64,000 bases of DNA, from contig DASUGU010000036.1 of the NCBI GenBank assembly GCA_036273855.1, forward strand, positions 11,041-75,040. The letters are read 5' to 3'. The translations under genes were made by a program, and so were the position numbers. How positions within the stretch are numbered: the first letter of the stretch is position 1; every line of letters begins with the position of its first letter. Below the pieces are notes generated by a model. The model ran no database searches. It saw only the letters and a list, made by a program, of their open reading frames with translations, and was not told the origin of the DNA. This document shows positions 1-7,350 of the stretch, piece by piece. The DNA is from Pseudonocardiaceae bacterium. Lineage in GTDB: Bacteria > Actinomycetota > Actinomycetes > Mycobacteriales > Pseudonocardiaceae.

Positions 1-53
1 GGCGACCTTGAACCACCGACAGGCGAGCCGTTGACTCCACGTCCAGATGCCGG

Positions 54-281
54 TCACTGGTCGTCACCTGACCCTTGCCGCTCCTGGTCGTGATAGGCGC
101 GAGCCAGGTCGAACTCGTCCGCGTAGGCGTTGGCGACCTCCACGACGGCGGCAGCCTCACGGGCGATCTCGCGGTACAGCCATCCAGCCTGACCACCGCT
201 GTTCTCGATCGATTCGAGCTCCTCACCCAGGTAGCCCAGGTGGTAGAGGCGGTCACACAGGTTTTCCCAAGTTTCCAACAT
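54..281 (-). CDS. small hypothetical protein (75 aa from internal ATG; ORF open to 383)
   Basis: ORF 54..383 (-). The ATG at 281 gives MLETWENLCDRLYHLGYLGEELESIE... No family recognised. Confidence 0.3.
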   Translation of the reverse strand: MLETWENLCDRLYHLGYLGEELESIENSGGQAGWLYREIAREAAAVVEVANAYADEFDLARAYHDQERQGSGDDQ

Positions 282-370
282 GGTTGATTCCGATCTACTC
301 GATTGACGGCTCCGCGGTTGCGGTTCCGCGCTATCGAGTAGACGGCGAAACAAGGCCCAATAGCAGAAAG

Positions 371-395
371 CCTCCGCATACAAAATATGCGGAGG
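371..395 (-). terminator. hairpin downstream of the creatininase-family gene
   Basis: Perfect 10-bp inverted repeat cctccgcata/tatgcggagg with a 5-nt loop, 57 nt past the stop at 452. It is followed on the minus strand by CTTTCT. Confidence 0.45.
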
Positions 396-451
396 TCAGA
401 TTCGCTTCACGCTATTACTGCATATCGGCTATGCGCGGTCAGAATGGCGCA

Positions 452-1165
452 TCAATCACTCTGGAGAAGGAGGCTCAGCAACGCCTCGAACGACTCGGTC
501 AAGCTGGCCAGCGCAAGCCGGCCCTTCTCTGCTGTCGCCAGCGAAGGACGCCCAATGATGCCAGCGTCGGCGTAGCCGGCCGTCCCGAGAAGATGCAGGT
601 ACGGACGCTGCGGTACGTCGTGGTCGGCGTCCAGGTAGCCGTCCCGCACCAGGTCAGGGCAGCCGTCGAGGAGGATTGAGGTCTCCCACTCGCCGCCGTG
701 CATGTCCTCGCTCGTGGTGGTCACCATGCCGGCAGCCTGCCGGGCGGTGGCCATGTCCTCACGACCGGGGAACAGCCCGACCGCGCGCCTTTTAACGTTC
801 GCCTGTTGGGCGATATTGGAGAGAACGTAATTGCCGCCGTGCCCGTTCACGATGACAAGCTGCTCAATTCCCTGTCGCTTCAACGACGCACGAATATCCG
901 ACACCACCGCAATGAGCGTCTGAGCGTCGATGCTGACCGTGCCGGTGAATCCCTCGTGTTCGTGAGAACAAGAGAACGTCAGCGGCGCGAGTCGAAACAA
1001 TCCGTAGTGTTCGGCAACTCTCTCGGCGATCAGGGATGCGACAATCGTGTCGGTCGCCAGCGGCAGGTGCCGGCCGTGTTGCTCGAAGCTCCCCACCGGT
1101 AGAACGGCCACGCGCGCATCGCGGACAGTGTCATCGCTGGACACTGCGCCAGTAATGACCTCCAT
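452..1165 (-). CDS. creatininase-family amidohydrolase (creatinine amidohydrolase / MftE / ArfB fold)
   Basis: 237-aa ORF with family signatures VGSFEQHGRHLPL, IVNGHGGN and HGGEWETS. Confidence 0.8.
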   Translation of the reverse strand: MEVITGAVSSDDTVRDARVAVLPVGSFEQHGRHLPLATDTIVASLIAERVAEHYGLFRLAPLTFSCSHEHEGFTGTVSIDAQTLIAVVSDIRASLKRQGIEQLVIVNGHGGNYVLSNIAQQANVKRRAVGLFPGREDMATARQAAGMVTTTSEDMHGGEWETSILLDGCPDLVRDGYLDADHDVPQRPYLHLLGTAGYADAGIIGRPSLATAEKGRLALASLTESFEALLSLLLQSD

Positions 1166-2530
1166 CTAGCTCTCTTTCGAGGATCGGAGCAGAGTCAGCA
1201 GCGACCGGATGTGCCTGGCCTGGTCGTTCTCTCCTGACTCGTCCAGGAGTTTGGGGATGCGGACAAGTTGCGACTCGATCCTAAACGAGCGAGTTTCGAT
1301 ACCGATCGCGAAGGCACGTTCGGCCACGAACACCGCATGGTCGGCCTGTTCCTTCGCCGCGTGCGCGACCGACAGCCGAGCCAGGCATAGCCCCAGGTCA
1401 CGACGGTACTCAGGCCGCCACTCCGCGAGTCCCTGCTGCAATGTCACGACGGCGTCATCCGCCCTGCCCAGAGCTACCCAGCACTGAGCGGCCTCCATCT
1501 CCAGGTACTCGCGGGTGCAGTAGTGCGCCAGGTCGGTCTCCGTGTCGGGACCGTGCTCGGCCGGGCTGAACGCGGTTTCCAGTACGCGAGTGCATGACTC
1601 GGCGTCACCGGCCTGCATGTAGGCGTTCGCTTGCTGTCGAAGTACCACAGCACGCATCCGGGGCGACAAGATCGCCGCTCGGCGCAAGGCTGTGTTGACC
1701 AGTTTCAGCGCGAGGTCGGGCCGGCCGGCATCGGAGGCGATGTTGCTCTTGCGCATGAGGACGTAGGCCGCCAGGGAGTCATCCTCGGTCTCCTCGGCGA
1801 AGTCGAGGCCAGCGTTGGATAGTTGCATAGCGGTGTCCAGCGACCCTGTGTCCTGATACAGCCACCCAACAAACTCGGCGTAACGCGCGCCCACGTACAG
1901 CAGACGGGACCGATCCTTGCCGCGTGCGCTCGTCAGCAGGTTCTCGACGAACCTGAGCTGCTGCGGAGCGACATGCACGAGCGAGTGCGGACCTACCAGG
2001 TTGTCCGTGATGACGTAATGCTCCAGGGTCCTCAGCAGAGTGTCCGCGATGGTCGAGCCGATGCTCACACTCGCCGCAGGCACCAGTGGCCCATCGGGAA
2101 GCGCGAGGATCGCATCGACGCGCGGCAGTGGATCGCTGGAACTATTGGGCAGCGGGAACCACAGCAGGTCCGCCGGCATCTTCAACGCCTGCGCGTAGTG
2201 GACCAGCTTGCCCAGTGTGTCGACGCGGTTCCGGCCAGATTCTATGCGGCTCAATTGAGGTTGGGTGATGCCGAGCCAGCGGCTTACGGCGTCCTGTGGC
2301 AACGGCTTATGGCCGTGGCCCGGGTGATATCGATACGTCCGGACAACGGTGCCCATGTCGTGATTCGCGAAGGCATCCCGCATCTGGTCGGTAAACCAGA
2401 AGTCACGACCGAAATCCGGCGCCCGATCCGTGCCGATGCCGCTCACCTGCCGGCACGGGCCGCACATGCTCGCCTGACTGTCTCGCGCCAGCCTTCCGCC
2501 GCACCGCATGCAGTACCGGCCGGCCGTCAT
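1166..2530 (-). CDS. Zn-ribbon + XRE-type HTH + TPR-like helical-repeat transcriptional regulator
   Basis: ORF 1166..2647. The ATG at 2530 is preceded by AGGTGGAG. It has an N-terminal CMRCGG...CGPC ribbon, the HTH ITQPQLSRIESGRNRVDTLGKLVHYAQAL, and a long alpha-helical repeat C-terminus. Its TAG stop directly abuts the ATG of 452..1165. Confidence 0.7.
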   Translation of the reverse strand: MTAGRYCMRCGGRLARDSQASMCGPCRQVSGIGTDRAPDFGRDFWFTDQMRDAFANHDMGTVVRTYRYHPGHGHKPLPQDAVSRWLGITQPQLSRIESGRNRVDTLGKLVHYAQALKMPADLLWFPLPNSSSDPLPRVDAILALPDGPLVPAASVSIGSTIADTLLRTLEHYVITDNLVGPHSLVHVAPQQLRFVENLLTSARGKDRSRLLYVGARYAEFVGWLYQDTGSLDTAMQLSNAGLDFAEETEDDSLAAYVLMRKSNIASDAGRPDLALKLVNTALRRAAILSPRMRAVVLRQQANAYMQAGDAESCTRVLETAFSPAEHGPDTETDLAHYCTREYLEMEAAQCWVALGRADDAVVTLQQGLAEWRPEYRRDLGLCLARLSVAHAAKEQADHAVFVAERAFAIGIETRSFRIESQLVRIPKLLDESGENDQARHIRSLLTLLRSSKES

Positions 2531-2743
2531 CGCTCCACCTGTCTGCCTCGCCCCCGAACGCTCACGTCGATACGCAGCGTCAATCAGACTGTAGCCACGT
2601 GAGGGACTATATGCCCGGCGCGCATAGAACTCATGCGTCTGAGGCACTTACGCCCCTCAAGCCGACTCCATAGCGTCACAGCAGGTGGGCCGCATACCCG
2701 CACTGATGCCACGAGACGCCGGAGGACGCGAAGGTGCTTCACA

Positions 2744-3127
2744 ATGGATGACTTGTCGTACGGGCACAGGCGCACTGTGCGCGACTATCGCCTGGCACTT
2801 GGGCTGGCTATCACCCACATGAGGGAATCTGCCGACTGCTCCGTGAAGCAGATCTCTGCTCGCACGCGGATTCCAGAGCAAACGTTGCGCAGCTACGAGC
2901 ATGGAGACTCTCAACCGCCGCTGCCTCGACTGCTCCAGGTGGCGCGGGTGCTCAGCGCATCTGCATTCGATCTCCTGACCGACACGTCGAAATACATCTA
3001 CCGAACACGCGGTCGGCCGTTTCCGGAACCTGATAGCGCATGTCGGGCGAAACTGTCGGCCATATTGCTGTACTGCGGAGCATCACTAGATGACATTGAT
3101 GAGATGCTGAACCACGAGAACTTTTGA
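2744..3127 (+). CDS. XRE-family HTH protein
   Basis: The ATG at 2744 is in frame with ORF 2633..3127. HTH-like segment: CSVKQISARTRIPEQTLRSYEHGDSQPPLPRLLQVARVL. It is divergent from the 1166..2530 regulator. Confidence 0.6.
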   Translation: MDDLSYGHRRTVRDYRLALGLAITHMRESADCSVKQISARTRIPEQTLRSYEHGDSQPPLPRLLQVARVLSASAFDLLTDTSKYIYRTRGRPFPEPDSACRAKLSAILLYCGASLDDIDEMLNHENF

Positions 3128-3189
3128 CATGAAATGACGTCCATTCGACGCCTACCAATACCTTTCTCCACCTGCGAGATTGGACACGA

Positions 3190-3372
3190 ATGAACGTGCT
3201 ATGCCCATTGAACAGCCAGGTATGGCCCACGCCGTGGGCATTCGCTGCAATACGGCTCGTTGTCTGGCTGGCCTCGCTCAGCCCAGAACAAGTGCAAGCG
3301 GCAAACGACGCCCTGTCTCCTGATGACATCCCGCAGCAGGGCGACCACACCCCGCAAGGGAGGACGTCGTGA
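3190..3372 (+). CDS. small hypothetical ORF (60 aa), first of four overlapping ORFs
   Basis: ORF in track. Its TGA (3370-3372) overlaps the GTG (3369-3371) of the next ORF. No clear RBS. Confidence 0.25.
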   Translation: MNVLCPLNSQVWPTPWAFAAIRLVVWLASLSPEQVQAANDALSPDDIPQQGDHTPQGRTS

Positions 3373-3545
3373 TCGACCCGGTCTCCTTGGTCTTCCTTCT
3401 GATCATCGCCGTGTGCGTGCCTGCCGTGGCCTATCTGGCTCCACAGGACCCGACAGTGGTCCGACTTGTCAGCGCAGTGAGCCAGCGGCGCCGACACCGC
3501 CGGACGCGACGGTGGGTCGCCCATCAGCGAGGTGACCGACGATGA
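3369..3545 (+). CDS. small predicted membrane protein (58 aa)
   Basis: Hand-translated: VIDPVSLVFLLIIAVCVPAVAYLAPQ... followed by an Arg-rich tail. One hydrophobic helix. It has a GTGA overlap upstream and an ATGA overlap (3542-3545) downstream. It is below the size cut-off of the ORF track. Confidence 0.3.
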   Translation: MIDPVSLVFLLIIAVCVPAVAYLAPQDPTVVRLVSAVSQRRRHRRTRRWVAHQRGDRR

Positions 3546-3778
3546 GCTTCGACACCGGTGGCTACCGGACGCGGTGGACGGTGCCCTGTGCGGATTTGAT
3601 CGGCCACGAACGACGGGTCGTGATCAGTCCAGCCAGCGACGGGTCAGCCCTGTTGATTGCACTGCCGTCCGACACCGTCCGAGTCACCGAGGAACAGGCG
3701 CTGGAGATGGCCGCAGACCTGGTGAAAGCCGTGCACGAGATCCTTCCGGACAACGAAGAAGCGGAGAGAACGCCGTGA
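3542..3778 (+). CDS. hypothetical protein (78 aa)
   Basis: ORF in track (MSFDTGGYRTRWTVPCADLIGHERRVVISPASDG...). It is overlap-coupled on both sides. Confidence 0.4.
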   Translation: MSFDTGGYRTRWTVPCADLIGHERRVVISPASDGSALLIALPSDTVRVTEEQALEMAADLVKAVHEILPDNEEAERTP

Positions 3779-4062
3779 GCCGACCATTGGATGACGGCGC
3801 AATCGCCGCGATACTCGCCTCGATCGGTGCCCAGGTCCGTGACGCGCGCAAGGCGCGTGGGTGGTTCCTCGCCGACATTGCGGCGTTGCTTGGCCTGTCC
3901 CCCTCGGTGCTCTGCCGTCTGGAGCTGGCACGACGTGAGCCGAGCCTGCACCAGGTGATCAGCGCCTGCGCTGTGCTAGGGAAGCGATTCAGCGACGTGG
4001 TCCGACAGGCCGAAGACGACGCGTTCCCGCTCGGCTCCGGCCCATGGGACACGCCAATCTGA
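3775..4062 (+). CDS. XRE-family HTH protein (95 aa)
   Basis: The GTG at 3775 overlaps the TGA of the preceding ORF. HTH-like segment: WFLADIAALLGLSPSVLCRLELARREPSLHQVISACAVLG. Confidence 0.6.
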   Translation: MSRPLDDGAIAAILASIGAQVRDARKARGWFLADIAALLGLSPSVLCRLELARREPSLHQVISACAVLGKRFSDVVRQAEDDAFPLGSGPWDTPI

Positions 4063-4252
4063 GGTTGATTCAGCGTTCTCCACCGGAACCGGTGCCGGAC
4101 CGTTCCATGATTCCGCGATGGCCTGTTGCGCGGCAGCTGCACTACCGACGTCGCCTCATTTCACCCGTTCGGCCGGCGACTATCCCTACGAGCGCATTCG
4201 ATGATGGTCTGTACTAGTGCCTCTGGCTCATCAAAGAAAAGGAAGGTACAAG

Positions 4253-5182
4253 ATGACATCGCCCTTGTCTTTCGTGTGGCTAGAGGTAACGGGAAAATGC
4301 CAGCTCACGTGTGCGCATTGTTACGCCGACTCCGGGCCGCGTGGAACGCATGGGAATATGAAAGGTCGGGACTGGCTTCGGGTGATCAATGAGGCTGCCA
4401 CATTGGGCGTTCAAATGGTGCAGTTCATCGGCGGGGAACCGACGATGCATCCGGAACTTCCCGATCTGATCAACGGTGCACTCGCGAGTGGCCTTGAAGT
4501 CGAGGTCTACACCAACCTCGTTCATGTGCGCCAGGAGCTTTGGGAGACCTTCGAACAACCAGGCGTGCGCCTCGCCACGAGCTACTATTCAGATGAACGC
4601 TCTCAGCACGAGACGATTACGAAGCGGCGCGGCAGTTACTCGCGCACCAAGGCCAACGTCATCGAAGCGTTGCGGCGGTCAATTCCCATTCGAGTCGGAA
4701 TAGTGGAGACCCATGACGATCAGCGGGTCGAGCAGGCCCGTGCGGAACTAGAATCCCTCGGCCTGACCGATATCGGCAGTGACAGACTGCGGCAGGTCGG
4801 ACGCGGCATCCGTGACCAAGCCGCCGGCCTCGCCCAGTTATGCGGCAACTGCGCTTCCGGTGTCCTAGCTGTGTCTCCACATGGCTTTGTGTGGCCCTGC
4901 GTATTCTCTCGTTGGTTGTCCATAGGCAACGTACGGGATTCTTCGCTGACTGAGATACTGGCGGGTAGTCGACTTAGCAACGTACGCAGAGACCTGTTGG
5001 AACACTTCCAACAACGGCCAACACACTCCACCTTCTCGGCGTGTAACCCGGATTGCAACCCTCATTGCAACCCATGTAACCCAGGGTGCTCGCCCTATAA
5101 CGCGCCATGCAATCCTGCATGTTCGCCAAGTTGTAGTCCCACCTGCAACCCGACCAATTGCCGACCGCGCTGTTTACCCTAA
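4253..5182 (+). CDS. radical SAM / SPASM-type enzyme with Cys-rich C-(N/S)-P-x repeat tail
   Basis: The ATG at 4253 follows AAAGGAAGG. It has CQLTCAHC (CX3CX2C), the GGEP motif, and the SPASM first half C-x10-G-x4-C (CASGVLAVSPHGFVWPC). The last 46 residues carry 11 Cys. Confidence 0.85.
   Translation: MTSPLSFVWLEVTGKCQLTCAHCYADSGPRGTHGNMKGRDWLRVINEAATLGVQMVQFIGGEPTMHPELPDLINGALASGLEVEVYTNLVHVRQELWETFEQPGVRLATSYYSDERSQHETITKRRGSYSRTKANVIEALRRSIPIRVGIVETHDDQRVEQARAELESLGLTDIGSDRLRQVGRGIRDQAAGLAQLCGNCASGVLAVSPHGFVWPCVFSRWLSIGNVRDSSLTEILAGSRLSNVRRDLLEHFQQRPTHSTFSACNPDCNPHCNPCNPGCSPYNAPCNPACSPSCSPTCNPTNCRPRCLP
5042..5179 (+). repeat. 12-nt periodic coding repeat (TGY-AAY/TCN-CCN-NNN) encoding the Cys tail
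   Basis: tgtaacccggat tgcaaccctcat tgcaaccca tgtaacccaggg tgctcgccc... encodes CNPD CNPH CNP CNPG CSPYNAP CNPA CSPS CSPT CNPTN CRPR CLP. Confidence 0.8.
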
Positions 5183-5835
5183 GTAACGACGAAACCGATC
5201 TCGGCTGCCAGTTGGCCGGACAATGCCATCGCTTGCTCTCCAGTGATCACGGCACCAGTCATAGTCAACAAGCCAGACGCGCCCCTGAGAAACGAGCGCG
5301 TCAGGTCACAATTCATTGCGTTCCGTGCCTGAAATTCCGCGCCCTTGAAGTCGCATTCGGAGAACACCATCTTGGATAGATCACCGCCGAGCACAGCCTC
5401 CTTGAAGGTACAGCGATAGAAGACAATTATCCCACGGTGCTGCTCGATGTCAACATTTGAGTAATCGAGCCGGCAGCCTTCGAAGTAGAAATCCTCTGCC
5501 CTCGTCACGCCAAGTTGCAGGCCGACCGCTTGACAATCGATCACTTCCACTCGACGCGCCGTGACCCGTTCCCAAGACGAGTTGGGCAACGAAACCTGCC
5601 GAAACGCAACATCCATCAATTCGAGATCGGTGAATCGCGACTCCGCCAAGGATCCTTGTGACAAAACCACATGCCGCAGCGAGCCCTGACCCCTAACCCC
5701 GACCTGATCGACATCTTCAACCTGGCATTCGTCATAGTCAAAATGACCAGACAACGAGATGTCAGAAGGCGACAGCTCCTCGATATCGAGGATAGGACAC
5801 CTTATTGACTCGTCACCGACCGTGCGGAACTCCAT
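5179..5835 (-). CDS. pentapeptide-repeat protein
   Basis: 218-aa ORF with runs fitting A(D/N)(L/F)xx, for example CTFKEAVLGGDLSKMVFSECDFKGAEFQARNAMNCDLTRSFLRGASGL. Its stop overlaps the stop of the convergent radical SAM gene. Confidence 0.75.
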   Translation of the reverse strand: MEFRTVGDESIRCPILDIEELSPSDISLSGHFDYDECQVEDVDQVGVRGQGSLRHVVLSQGSLAESRFTDLELMDVAFRQVSLPNSSWERVTARRVEVIDCQAVGLQLGVTRAEDFYFEGCRLDYSNVDIEQHRGIIVFYRCTFKEAVLGGDLSKMVFSECDFKGAEFQARNAMNCDLTRSFLRGASGLLTMTGAVITGEQAMALSGQLAAEIGFVVT

Positions 5836-6205
5836 GTCCGCATTCTACAACTCGTGACGGACTCAGGTGAGCCAAGTACAAGACCTCGGCGGTCAGTTGG
5901 CACGGCGGTGCAGCAGGCAGCACTCAACAGGACGTGCTTCACCGGCGCCGCGCCTTGAGTGCGCTCAGCCGCCTCGCACCGGCGGAATCTCCGCCTAACG
6001 GTAGGCGTCAATGGCGATAAGGCTTATGGGGCACCACAAACGGAGAATAGTGCTCCAAGCTATGACAATACGGCCCACCTCCGCAGACACAGCGTTATAC
6101 GCCGGTGTCGATGCCAGCACCACACGAAGCCATGGTCCGCTGACCCATGATCCGCATCACCAGCAGACGTCTCACCAAACTCGGTATAGGAACGGACGCT
6201 GACTG

Positions 6206-7171
6206 CTACTCGGCCAGAATACATCGAGCAAATTTATCCAAGCCACTGTCAGGACGGAAAAATACGTGTTCAGCGGCAGCTTTAACCTGGATTCGATTCA
6301 GCCGATCAACTGCCGATTGGGGTACCTTGCCGACCAAATTTTTAGGCCCGATCGCAGCGCAGATAGTCGGGCTCAACGGCATGAAAACTGAATTTGCTTT
6401 ACCGAGAGGAACACCCTCTAGTGGCCCAACCGCGGCACTGTCCGATCGGATGGTTAACGCGGGTGCATCACCAATCAGGAACTCGCCACTCGTAGACCGC
6501 AAGATCTCTAGTCCCATCCTACGCAAGAAATCACGAGCCGCCTTGAAGATATCTTCGATGCGAACTCGCAGCAACCCATCGTTGCGAAAGTCCTCAGTGA
6601 TTTCCGCCATCAACAGGCCAGCTGCACGAGTGAGTCCACTTGCACCTTCTAGTAACAACCCGGTTCGTTGAAAGTAGAAATCGGTTAGCAACCCTGGTGT
6701 TTTGAATAGGCTCTTTCGAGTGTCGAGAGTCGTCTTATCCCGGGCTATATCGCTAACCCGTCGTACCAAATGGCTTCTGCAATAATGCAGTGCGATTGCA
6801 TCCTTAATTAGAAGGACGGCGGCAGGGTCATTAAACGGGTCCTCCGAATGCATCTCTATGATTGCGGCGCCCAGGTGGTCCTCTACAGCCTTCCAAACCA
6901 TCTCAAGCGATCGCGAAGCATACTTGACGAAATGGGGCACCTTCGCGCATTCTCTCGGACTGCGCCTTTTTGGTGTCGCATTCGGATACTTGAGGCTTAG
7001 ATCTTGAAGCCTGTAACCGCTTGGCCCATCATTCACGGTAAATTGCTTAAGCAGAACTTGTGAGACTATGTGTTGGTCCTGAACGAGGTCGCCAGCAAAT
7101 GGGCGCAGCCGTTCGACCCGATTAAGCAGATCCTCCGGGTCGGGTGGAACGTCTTCATGCTGACTGGCCAT
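6206..7171 (-). CDS. DUF4238-like protein
   Basis: 321-aa ORF. The N-terminal HIVSQVLLKQF resembles the H-[YF]-V-P-x-F-Y-L-x-x-F signature I associate with DUF4238. A later LIGDAPAL resembles its SDNP-type motif. Lowest G+C in the window. Confidence 0.5.
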   Translation of the reverse strand: MASQHEDVPPDPEDLLNRVERLRPFAGDLVQDQHIVSQVLLKQFTVNDGPSGYRLQDLSLKYPNATPKRRSPRECAKVPHFVKYASRSLEMVWKAVEDHLGAAIIEMHSEDPFNDPAAVLLIKDAIALHYCRSHLVRRVSDIARDKTTLDTRKSLFKTPGLLTDFYFQRTGLLLEGASGLTRAAGLLMAEITEDFRNDGLLRVRIEDIFKAARDFLRRMGLEILRSTSGEFLIGDAPALTIRSDSAAVGPLEGVPLGKANSVFMPLSPTICAAIGPKNLVGKVPQSAVDRLNRIQVKAAAEHVFFRPDSGLDKFARCILAE

Positions 7172-7183
7172 ACTGCCATCTTG

Positions 7184-7211
7184 CCACTTGGCTGTTGATC
7201 ACGCCAAGTGG
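7184..7211 (-). other. 9-bp stem hairpin between the KwaB-like and DUF4238-like genes
   Basis: ccacttggc / gccaagtgg with a 10-nt loop, 13 nt upstream of the DUF4238-like ATG. Confidence 0.4.
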
Positions 7212-7350
7212 TTTACCACTGCCATAACAAAAGATGAAGGTTGGCGAAGCATTCCGGCGGACGCTGGAGCCTCGCCAACGAGACGCCAGCGGAACAGATG
7301 AAGCCCCGCCCAGACACGACCTCACGTGAGCCGGCGGCGAACGGTGCGGC

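Noticed and set aside
4253-5182. Radical SAM gene in a defence island as a prokaryotic viperin.
   Set aside because: It has a SPASM-type C-x10-G-x4-C motif and a Cys-rich tail, which points to a peptide- or protein-modifying subfamily. No adjacent nucleotide kinase or other viperin-like features are seen.
5179-5835. Island pentapeptide-repeat gene as the missing 3' portion of the truncated host pentapeptide gene at 8976..9113.
   Set aside because: It has its own N-terminus and start, and a very different (low) G+C and codon usage. No sequence continuity with the remnant is seen.
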